A stretch of 64,000 bases of DNA from Octopus vulgaris (taxonomy: Eukaryota). The notes under the pieces were generated by a model that ran no database searches, had not been told where the DNA came from, and worked only from the letters and a program-made list of their open reading frames with translations. Each line of letters starts with the position of its first letter. Position 1 is the stretch's first letter. The stretch covers positions 25,544,001-25,608,000 of the forward strand of contig OX597819.1 of assembly GCA_951406725.2 (NCBI GenBank), in the 5' to 3' direction. A program made the position numbers and the translations under genes. Below, one piece after another: positions 53,713 through 64,000 of this stretch.

Positions 53713-54270
53713 ATCATCATCATCATCATCATCATCATCATTTTTTTTCCTTCTTTCTTCAAATCTTCTTCCGTTTCTCGCCGAGTGTTTACCGTACACC
53801 TAGGGCAGAGAAGCTCATTGTATGCATTCCCAGATTACACACGCAAAGTCACAGGTAAAATAGGTATTTAAAAATTAATAAATAAATAAATTCATGAATG
53901 GATGTTGTTTTCACAGCGATAATGCTCTTCTCAGTACATGAGCCGTTCCAGTTAACACGATTTTTTGCACTTTCTATAGGGATGGTAAGCCTGGTATCAT
54001 TTTCAAATAGGTTCCAGTTCCTCTTTTTATCATTCATAGATATCCTACAATCACTGGTACTGTAGTCGCCTTGAGATGCCAAATTTTAAATATTTCTATT
54101 AGCAAGTCTTTTTATTTACTTATCTTGTCAAAATCTTTCGCCGCTATATTGTGATCACAGGGAATACTCATGTCAATTAATAAACATCTTTTTTGTCTGA
54201 TCTTTTATAATAATATCCCGTTTATTAGCTTTTACTGTTTGTCGGTATGTACGGGGAAGTCCCAAAAATC
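53713..54270 (-). mobile_element. R4/Dong-like retrotransposon 3' fragment: RLE domain, UTR and (TGA)n tail
   Basis: WDFPVHTDK/VKANKRDIIIKDQTK/CLLIDMSIPCDHNIAAKDFDKISK*KDLLIEIFKIWHLKATTVPVIVG...VQKIVLTGTAHVLRRALSL*. PD-(D/E)xK-type layout. Homologous to 444-790 including the UTR. Confidence 0.88.
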
Positions 54271-54344
54271 GACACAGCTTGAAGAGAAAGGTGGCAACTG
54301 TTGTTGCAAAGAAAGTAAAATGAATGGCAACTAAAAAAGTGCAT

Positions 54345-54580
54345 GAATCCAGATTCTCGTGATTGCGAAGCGAACTTTTTAATTAATTAGGTCATATCAG
54401 CGTTCACTGTGAACTTTACTGGTCTCCCGACATGCACGCACGCACTAATCTGCCTAATTTATATCAAACATATATAAATACAGAAGCAAACACGGGCGCT
54501 TCTATGTGGTGAACAAACAAACACAATAATCTATATTCGTGAAAAGGTAACACACATTAGATAATGTAGTTCTAGATATT
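54345..54580 (+). repeat. Diverged local duplication, partner of 56472-57115
   Basis: Shared 'gtgattgcga.gcgaactt', 'cactgtg.actttac', 'agcaaacacggg' and 'acacatta.ataatgtagttc'. Confidence 0.75.
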
Positions 54581-54663
54581 GGAATGACGATTATGTGGCC
54601 CGTAGACAAAACAAAAACTGCTATTGATCAGAAAATGCACTGTGCTTCCCCACCTGAAAGAAA

Positions 54664-55041
54664 TCTTTATATATAAAAGTCAAGTTGTGTGTCTGTCTCC
54701 TACGATTTAGATTCCTAACTACTCCCACATTTTGTGGTGCAGTTTAACCAAAACCGGGTATCTTATAGTCGGGATTCATATCGAGCCCTTCGATGAGTCA
54801 AAGATTTAAAAACAAATTTACCATCATTTTTTTCCATTTTAATGCATTTTTTCGCTATTATATAAGGGAAGTAACTCTCTAAAATGTCTACGATGAGTCA
54901 ACGATTTAAAAAAAAAATTACCATAATTTTTTCTTCCATCTTTAATGCATTTTTTTGCTATTTTTTTGGCTACAACTCTCTAAAGATGCTTATATAGTTA
55001 TTTCCCTTACAAACCCGAGCAACGCCGGGCGATACTGCTAG
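54664..55041 (+). mobile_element. Helitron family C, subtype 1
   Basis: A|TC ... CTAG|T, small internal deletion. Confidence 0.9.
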
Positions 55042-56596
55042 TATGAAATAAAATAAAGTCAACGTTCTGATGACATACAGGACATAAATTCTTATTTGTC
55101 GCTAATATTTATGCCTCTTGGTAAAACACTTAAAGCGTCTATTAAGATGGATTTTTTTTAACAAAGGGGAACAGGTTGCCTCAGTAGCCTTTCAGTGAAT
55201 TCTGAAGCTGGTTGAAGGAGCATAATTATTCTCAAACCGAAGATTTCTCTCAAAAGCTTACAGCTGCGCAGACATTGCCTAGCTCGGTGGTACTGTTAGA
55301 CTGTGTGATTGATTATTGTTGCTGTACTTCTATGTTATTTTTACTGTTACTCTAGTTCAGGGAAATATTGGTCAGCTCTGTAAAATGTCCTTGGTCATGC
55401 AAGTGATTAATTCTCATTCTCACTTGCATTCTCATGCAAGCGAGATTTTATTACCCAACTTATTCTAATCTGTTTTCTCTCAGGAACGAATTCATACCTA
55501 TCGGAACATAAATAATTCACCATGTTTCTCTTAATCTTTTCCGATTTTAGTTGCTTTCTGTATTTCCTTCCAAATATAACATAGTTTGTTGTAGTATCTC
55601 CATTCTCAGCACAGAGAGACAACCTTCATAGAAATTGCTCTACGATTATTACAACATATTACACGACACATTACATTGAAGGTCTACTGTATCTAGGAAC
55701 ATACTACTCAAAGTGTCCTTCATTTGCAATTTTGAAAACGGAATGGTTTATGAAAGGAATTGAACCGCTATTTTTATAAGACTGAGGATTTGGCTTAGAG
55801 GCTATCTCATTAATTTTGACCATTATTATATAGTATAATCAATACGTCATTGGCATTACTAAACATACAATATATCGCAGTCTTTCTCTGTGCTAGACCA
55901 AGTGTGTCCTAAAATGTATAACATCTGAAGCCAAGACATTGTATTATCGATTCATTATAAATGTTTCCATAAACATATTTCAATCAGCGGGATTGAGATC
56001 ATTCATTATAACGCTATTCACCATCACATTTTGTAGTATGTTATTATCGTCCCCGTCCGCACCTTCAAGAAACTAATTCAGCTATCTAAAGATATTGTCT
56101 CATTAATCTATACCAAACACAAGTTCTACAAAATAGATGAGGACCCATCAACTATACCATGTTTCCTTCGTCGTTTTCGAAGATGACTAATCAATACGTC
56201 CATTAGCTGAACTACTTACAAATTCACGTATACGCAGCTAAGTATTCCATAACCACGTGGTTTATCATCATAATTCCCTTGTCGAAACAGAGACTTGTAC
56301 ATAACACAGTTAGACCTCTGAATTTCAACATGATATTGAGTGTAATAAGGTTGCTTAAATTGGTTATAAATTACTTTATAACAGAGGGAATTCCATATAG
56401 TTTCAGTCTTGCTAACATCATTACAATTTTCGAATAGAAGTTACTTGGCTAAAGTACGAGACAGTAAAATCAAATCCGGGATCTTGTGATTGCGAGGCGA
56501 ACTTCTCAATTAATCGATCATACCAGCGAACACTGTGGACTTTACAACGCTCTAGACAGGCACGCAGGCAGAAATCTGCATCGTTTATATTGAATA

Positions 56597-56991
56597 CTAG
56601 CAGTATCGCCCGGCGTTGCTCGGGTTTGTAAGGGAAATAACTATATAAGCATTTTTAAAGATGTAAAGTATAATAACCATCTCAATATGGTTAATCACAA
56701 AGGGGGGGTGCTTACTGTAGCTTTTTACGTTCTGAGATTTAATAATAAATTTTTAGAGAGTTACTTCCCTTATATATGCCAAAAATGCATTAAAAATGGG
56801 AAAAATTGATGGTAATTTTTTTTAAATCGTAGACTCATCGTAGACGCGCGCTAATACCCAGAAGGGCTCGATATGAATGACGACTATAAGATACCCGGTT
56901 TTGGTTAAACTGCACCGCAAAATGTTGGAGTAGTTAGGAATCTAAATCGTAGGAGACAGACAACACACAACCTTACTTTTATATATAAAGA
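56597..56991 (-). mobile_element. Helitron family C, subtype 2
   Basis: Between A56596 and T56992. Paralogous empty site at 54470/54471. Confidence 0.93.
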
Positions 56992-57302
56992 TATACAAAT
57001 ATAGGAGCAAACACGGGAGCATCTAACAGACATGCAGGAAATCGGAGCTGAATCGTCTTCAAACCCCAAAATGCCATATTCGGGAAAAGTAAAGACACAT
57101 TAAATAATGTAGTTCGAGGTGTGTGGTGAGAACTAGTATGCAGTTAAATAACAGTAATCATCGTTAATAGCATCAGCAGTGACAATGACACCTGTAATGA
57201 TCGAAACTGAACTCGGTAAGTGAATGCAAACTATTTATATTTCAGCCAACAGGTCGATGCTCTTTCCATCTGGCCATCCGTGACTGCAAATAATCATATA
57301 TA

Positions 57303-57720
57303 TATTTCTTTGCTACCCACAAGGGGCTCTAAACACAGAGGGGACAAACAAGGACAGACAAACGGATTAAGTCGATTACATCGATCCCAGTGCGAAACTG
57401 GTACTTAATTTATCGACCCCGAAAGGATGAAAGGCAAAGTCGACCTCGGCGGAATTTGAACTCAGAACGTAGCGGTAGACGAAATACCTATTTCTTTATT
57501 ACCCACAAGGGGCTAAACACAGAGGGGACAAACAAGGACAGACATAGGTATTAAGTCGATTACATCGACCCCAGTGCGTAACTGGTACTTAATTTATCGA
57601 CCCCGAAAGGATGAAAGGCAAAGTCGACCTCGACGGAATTTGAACTCACAACGTAACGGCAGATGAAATACCGCTAGGCATTTGGACCGGCGTGTTAACG
57701 ATTCTGCCAGGTCACCGTCT
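57303..57720 (-). mobile_element. SINE family B tandem dimer
   Basis: Full unit plus a unit truncated at 'gtatttcgtc'. One TSD caaataatca(t/c)atata at 57287-57302 and 57724-57739. Confidence 0.9.
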
Positions 57721-57939
57721 TTTCAAATAATCACATATACTTTATCAAACAATGGTGCAATTAGAACCGACTTTTATACTTGGCCGTATATTTTTTGAAA
57801 AAGTCAGCTTCAATTTGTCCTCATTTATATTCATCATGAATTCGAAATTTGTGTACTTTTACTTGTATTATTGATTACTATGGCATTAAGATAAAGAAAC
57901 GTTAAATATTTCGTGGCAGTACTTAATACTCTTGGCCTG

Positions 57940-58420
57940 GGATTAAGAAGCTCGATTTGCAGCCGTACGGTTTCGAGTGCAGATCCATTGTGCGGCGCCT
58001 TGGCCGGCTACTAAGATTTTAGAGAATGTTTTTGAGGAAACACAGGTGGAAGCTTGTCTTTTATACATACATATATACATACATACGTACATGCATACAT
58101 ACATACATACATACATACATACATACGTACATACATACATACATACACACATACATATACATAATATATATTTATATAAGCGTGGATGTGTGTGAGTATG
58201 TGTGCGTGTATAGATATGATTGTGTCTTTGTATGTGTCTATCACTATCTCTGTTTGACAATCAAAGTTGTGTTATGTCCCCAGAATAGAGATTTAGAAAA
58301 GGAGACCCATGGAATAAATACCAGATTAAAAAATAAGTTCTGATATCGATTTGCTCAACTGAATTTCAATGCAGTGCTCCAGTATGGCCTGCAGTCCAAT
58401 GGCTGAAACAAATAAAACAT
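57940..58420 (+). mobile_element. Old SINE family A copy
   Basis: Decayed head, internal microsatellite and 'gtgctccagtatggcctgcagtccaatggctgaaacaa' tail. Confidence 0.65.
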
Positions 58421-58794
58421 GACAAAACATATATAAGACAAATAGGAACGTTGGACACGAAGTCAGTTATGTATTCATCATATGAAAGAAGAAGGTAGAT
58501 TCCAATTCCTGATAATAGCTTTTGTTTCTATTCGTCAACGACTTAATATAATATCTTCTGTTCTGGAAAGAAATAATAGGGCCATTGCAGACATTATTCC
58601 TCTGGTTAGCCTCTGTCATCTTACATACAGAAAGTATATATTAGATGATATAGTCTAAGATATTACCTCCCCACTAATAAATAAATAAATAAGTAAAACA
58701 AAATACAAAGAAACAAAAAGCGGAAGCAGAACGGTGCAGACTGGAATAACTTTCATCATTGTTCCGATCGATAAAAACTAGACGCTGTCGTCGC

Positions 58795-58842
<48 letters not shown>

Positions 58843-58851
58843 TATCATCAT
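58795..58851. repeat. (CAT)n microsatellite
   Basis: Direct reading. Confidence 0.95.
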
Positions 58852-59012
58852 CATCCCTATCCCATCACCACCACTATCACCGCCAACACCCTACAACAGT
58901 CCACCCCACCCCCATCATCATCACCGCAATTAGCATCGTCGTCATCGTCATTAATCCCATCCACATCATCATCATCGTCGTCATCATTAGCATCATGTCG
59001 GCAGCAGCAGCA

Positions 59013-59827
59013 GTTTCACCTGCATATCTGCCAGTTCATTGCCGCAGAGGCTGCAATGGCCCGGCACCCACATCACCGTAAAAATCTTGCCAGCTGCTAC
59101 TAGGGCTTCTGTTTGTTGCCCTTCTCTAATTGTCGGGTCTGTGGGGAACGGGTTGTCTACCGCTTCAACCAATGATTTGTAATCGCAGACTATAGCTGCG
59201 GAGACTCAGTTGTCATTGGCCTCTAGCCACCGGAGGACTACGTTAAATGCTGCTCTCTCGGAGTGGAATGAGCTGCTGTGAGCACCAGTTGGAGCGTGCC
59301 ACATGTGGACCACCATATCGTGTATCATCGCCACCAAACCGGCGCCGCCGTTGGTTGTGCCTTCTCTAGTCGAGCGATATGCAGGCGAAACGTGGCTCGG
59401 CGCTGCCACAACCGGATATCGCCATCGATACAGCCATTCGTCAAGTGGTAATTCATCGAACGTTCCAGCCAACGCCAATTCAACACCCCCGTCTGAAGGA
59501 AGTCTTCAAGGAGAAGCCGGATGAAAGAACCAAAGCAGCGCTCTCGAAGGCAGACTTCACAGACATGATATGCTTCCATAGTGGTCATCATCCGGCACTC
59601 AGGCGGTGTCAAAAGATGATAGGACGCAGCAGCGACAACAGATTAATGAAGACTCTGCAACGAAGAAGTGGAATCTGCAGAACATCTCTGGTTGAGATGT
59701 CCGGCCTTGATGGTGGAACGCTATATCCGCCAACTAGGGTCTACAATGGATGAAATGATTCGTCTCCCTTCCGCGGCTATAGCGCTTCTGAGAGTTATCC
59801 TCAGGCGCTTGAGATGACCAACAACAA
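59013..59827 (+). mobile_element. I-group (Ingi-like) LINE 3' fragment, RNase H plus C-terminal zinc knuckle, with 5' inversion
   Basis: Minus 59375-59013: STREGTTNGGAGLV...SSSFHSERAA...IVCDYKSLV...WVPGHCSLCGNELADMQVK (RNase H). Plus 59376-59817: DMQAKRGSALPQ...FHSGHHPAL...RLCNEEVESAEHLWLRCPAL...ILRRLR*, then (CAA)n. Confidence 0.88.
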
Positions 59828-60631
59828 CAGCAGCAGTGTCACCAGCAACAGTCACAACATCAACAAGAGCAACAACAATGAGAAATGAACGTTATTAGAT
59901 ATGTATACTGTGTATTTGTGTATGCTGGGATCGGGGATATATTTCAGTAGAAAATATAATTGTGAGTTTCATGCCCATTAACAAACTAGGATCTGCCTCA
60001 AGAAGTTAACATTTATTTAATTTGTATTACAATCACGTATATTTTTTTGCAGGAAAAATTTATTACATTTTTGGATTTTCTTTCCTTCTATTTCATAAAG
60101 CATTACCTGAGAGAAATGTGAAAATGGCGATATTTGAGCTATATTTTGAAATATTTTCAGGTTATCAATTTCGACTTTTATAACATCTTAAGGAGTGAAC
60201 ATAAGAAATTATTTATAGCTTCAAGCATCTTTTACATCCGGCAATATCATGTTTGTAAGAAATATTTATTCAAGTTTACATTTTGAAGCGACTATGAGAT
60301 GTTATATTGAAGTTATAAAAAAAAAAAGGTAAAAAAGAATTGCACAGACTATCAATTTTCAGCTAGAATTGGATTTGAATTATTACAAAGCAGATTTCTT
60401 CTCAGTTACCCAAAGCTGCTCAAGTATTTGTGTTTCTGTTTAAATATTTCAAAGGCAGTGTAGAACTAGAAGTTATCGAAAGTCGAAAAATAGTAAAAAA
60501 GAAAAGCAAAAAGTAAAAACTTTGAATATTTATGTCCGTTGCTTTCAGAGTGTAAATGCTGCTTGGTTGGAGTTTTATACTTTCAGCAGAAATGTGCAGG
60601 TATTAATACATATGTGTATGGGTATATATGT

Positions 60632-60718
<87 letters not shown>

Positions 60719-61024
60719 CAAAATAACCAACAAGAATAACTTCGGTAATTTGGTACGATCGTTTCACGCTACATAATCTTATTAAATGATGTAAGTATTA
60801 CAACAGTTTTAAAATGCTGATCAATCATCAGCCATTAATAGAAGTTTTCCATTAATACATAATTTTCATATCAATTGATAACATTTTAGAGAATGTAGAT
60901 ATATAGGCAAAGATGTGGATTTAAAATGTAAGAACATTAAGGGAGTGGAGTTTATCAACTGACTGAAGAATATTCAGTTGTTTTGAACTGCTAGAATTTT
61001 GGGAAGAATGAACAATTGAAAGGA

Positions 61025-61325
61025 GCCTTGTGAGTGGATTTGGTAGACGGAAACTGAAAGAAACCCTTCGTATATATGCATATATATATATATATATGTG
61101 TGTGTGTGTATATGTGTATATTTGTGTGTCAGTGTTTGCTCCCCCCCCCAATATCGCTTGACAACCGATGCTGGCGTGTTTACCTCCCCGTAACTTAGCG
61201 GTTCGGCAAAAGAGACCGATGGAATAAGTACTAGGCTTACAAAGAATAAGTCCTGGTGTCGATTTGCTCGACTAAAGGCGGTGGTCACAGTCAAATGACT
61301 GAAACAAGTAAAAGAGTAAAAGAGA
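61025..61325 (+). mobile_element. SINE family A, 5'-truncated
   Basis: Body and tail match the family. Confidence 0.88.
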
Positions 61326-61333
61326 ATATATAT

Positions 61334-61428
61334 AGGGAGAATTCACAAAAAAAAGCAAAAGACGAAGACAGGTGGTGTAGAACAAACAGATTTATTAGTA
61401 TAACGCTCGGGGAGAAGTCTTTAACGTT
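61334..61428 (-). mobile_element. Penelope-like terminal repeat stub
   Basis: Matches 11868-11950 and 5795-5870. Confidence 0.6.
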
Positions 61429-61518
61429 TATACACTTAGTTAAGCACAGTTACTCGCCATACACACAAAACAACGCACACGTACACACACATATACTACA
61501 ACAAAACACACACACGAT

Positions 61519-61684
61519 AGGTGCAGGGGTGGCTGTGTGGTAAGTAGCTTGTTTACCGACCACATGGTTCTGGGTTCAGTCCTACTGCGTGGCACCTTGG
61601 GCAAGTGTCTTCTAATATAGCCTCGGGCCGACCAAAGCCTTGTGAGTGGATTTGGTAGACGGAAACTGAAAGAAGCCCGTCGTA

Positions 61685-61717
<33 letters not shown>

Positions 61718-61943
61718 GCGTGTGTGTGTGTTTGTGTGTCTGTGTTTGTACCCCTAGCATTGCTTGACAACCGATGCTGGTGTGTTTATGTCCCCGTTAC
61801 ATAACGGTTCGGCAAAAAGAGACCGATAGAATAAGTACTGGGCTTACAAAAAGAATAAGTCCCGGGGTCGAGTTGCTCGATTAAAGGCGATGCTCCAGCA
61901 TGGCCGCAGTCAAATGACTGAAACAAGTAAAAGAGTAAAAGAG
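61519..61943 (+). mobile_element. SINE family A, full length
   Basis: Complete head, internal microsatellite and tail. Confidence 0.92.
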
Positions 61944-62199
61944 TATACATATACACGCACACACACATACCTCCCTGTTTCTGACCTGCCTTCCTGACTT
62001 GCTAGGGTACACCACACCACTCCTTTAATTCTACTACTGTCTGCCACTAGCCATTGTCCACCATGCACACACATACACACACACGCACACACTCGCACAC
62101 ACATCCTTGTCATCTCGCACACCTTTTTTACCATTCCTTCTTTGATTCAGCTCTCCTGTTTTTAAAAACATGTTCCTCCTTTTTCACCACTTCCGTCTT

Positions 62200-62415
62200 T
62201 TCAGTATGTGACCTCGTGAAGAATACCTGCAATTTTTTTTCCCTCTGTCCTCCCGCCTCGGGATCTTTCTTTCTTCTATGTTTCCGACGAAGAGCTCCGC
62301 TCGAAACGTCATACCCTCCTTCTTCCCTTCTTTCCTGAGCGTCCAATAATACTTTATTTGTTCCACATCCTCGCGTTGTTGTCTTTTTGTTTTCTTGTTT
62401 GGATTAACTTTATAT
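62200..62415 (+). mobile_element. Penelope-like terminal repeat with mutated hammerhead
   Basis: Homologous to 15232-15450. 62281-62314 reads tttCCGACGAaGAGCtccGCTCGAAACGTC. Confidence 0.7.
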
Positions 62416-62661
62416 ATATATATACACGCGCACACAGATTGTTAGGTGTGACGTACAGAATTGGGGGGAGGGGGTTAGAAGAGAACGTTGTTTTTATTTT
62501 TGGGGTTGGGGTGAGGTCCCAAGACAATGGAGATGGACAGATAGAAATATAGGTAGGTAGATAAATTGATACATAGATAGATAGTCAGTCAGACAGATAG
62601 ACCGATGGGTAGAAAATAAGAGAGAGAGAGAAGGAGTATCCAGCTTCTTATTCACCATTTA

Positions 62662-62901
62662 TTCATATACTGTATTAACTGTCCAAACTGCAAAGTAAAT
62701 TACATTGTCGAAATAAATAATTCCCTCTGCCAACGTGCAAGAGTCTACAGGCAACATATTCGACAAGAATTACGTAAGTAAGCATCTGGCAATATGCGGC
62801 GAAGGAAAATTCAAAATTTTCTCTTTTTCAAATGTGCACGGCACGATCCACAATACCGAAAAGCAATGGAACGACATTTTATCAAAAAGTTGAATGTCTG
62901 A
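62662..62901 (+). pseudogene. Penelope-like GIY-YIG endonuclease relic
   Basis: FIYCINCPNCKVNYIVEINNSLCQRARVYRQHIRQE/VSKHLAICGEGKFKIF/FKCARHDPQYRKAMERHFIKKLN: IY..C..C...YI motif, conserved R, H and E, with frameshifts. Confidence 0.75.
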
Positions 62902-64000
62902 AAGAAAAGCAGAGACAATACATTTTGTGTTATACTAATGTTCTCTAACGCAAAATCATGGAATTGAAAGAGGCATGATCGAAGTTACACTGTATAAACA
63001 TGTACATATTCCCAAGCACACACAAACACACACACACAGAAACATGCACACATACGCATGCGTGCGTGCACACACACACACACACTTCATCAAGGAATGC
63101 TCCCTAAAATTGAACGTTTGAAGGTAAAGTGGAGAATTTGAATTCTTTATTCCAAACGTGGCTCATCTCCACAAATGTTCAGGCATAGCTATGTGTAACA
63201 TTGGGATGTTCTAGCTTTACGTATTTGTATGTATGTATATATTGTTGTATTTCGGAATGCTCATTGTGTCAGTTTAGCCAATAATATATTGCACAACAAG
63301 TATATAAACGTAATATATATATACATATATATTCGTTTACTGTATTTTTTATTTTAATTTGCAAATATTATACGAATGTATTTTAATGCAGAACTACACT
63401 TTATCAAAAATTCCCTCCAAAAATGAATGTTTGGAAGGGATATATTCTAATTATAACCCAAAGAGGAGAAAAAGAAAGGAAGAAAAAGGAAGGAAAAGGG
63501 GAAGAAGAAAAGGAGAAAGGAAAAAAAGAGAGTTAGAAAGAAAACAAAAAGACTTTATGTGATGACCAAAGCACACCTGTTTTTTGTTTTAATTTTTAAT
63601 TTATTTATTTTGTTATTTTTTTGAAGCGGTCACCATCCTTAAACGCATTCCAATACAATGGTAGAAGGAAAGAATAGTTAAATAAAGAAATGGTGAATAG
63701 GAAGATGGATACTCCTCTCTTACCCTCTACCCATCTGTCTATCTGTCTGACAATATAGGTATGTATGTATGTATGTATCTATCTATCTATCTACCTATCA
63801 GCCTATCTACCTACCTATATATATCTATCCATCTCCATTGTCTTGGAACTTCACACAAAAAAAGCAATATTCTTGTCTAAACAAATCCCCCCAAAACATC
63901 TGTTTTATACAAATGAACAAGCTGTTTGTACATTCACAAAATTGTATTTGACAAGTTCTAGAGAGGAACTAAAGCGCTAATAATAAAGAAGAAATAGAAG

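Noticed and set aside
59206-59753. Overlapping ORFs on both strands suggesting a host gene
   Set aside because: Fully explained by the inverted LINE fragment.

Overview
AT-rich, microsatellite-saturated eukaryotic DNA, intronic or intergenic. I infer a coleoid cephalopod, most likely Octopus, from recalled SINE, Helitron and Penelope families. I found no intact host protein-coding gene, tRNA, rRNA or CRISPR array, and nearly every ORF in the supplied track is a microsatellite translation. The window is made of mobile-element layers: (i) three tRNA-derived SINE families (called A, B and F here); (ii) eight copies of a ~395-bp non-autonomous Helitron in two modular subtypes, plus two other Helitron-like 5' ends; (iii) two R4/Dong-like RLE retrotransposon 3' fragments and a ~500-bp element embedded in (TAA)n; (iv) two dead maT-like (DD37D) transposases; (v) RTE, I/Ingi-group and CR1-like LINE fragments; (vi) Penelope-like relics with hammerhead ribozyme motifs. 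Most notable are two independent 5'-inverted (twin-priming-type) insertions from non-L1 LINE clades, a structurally complete type I hammerhead at 34834-34884 (-), a SINE head carrying three different 3' tails, a dimeric SINE with a fixed junction, and a 29-bp pre-miRNA-like hairpin. Family and clade names come from recalled motifs, not database searches.
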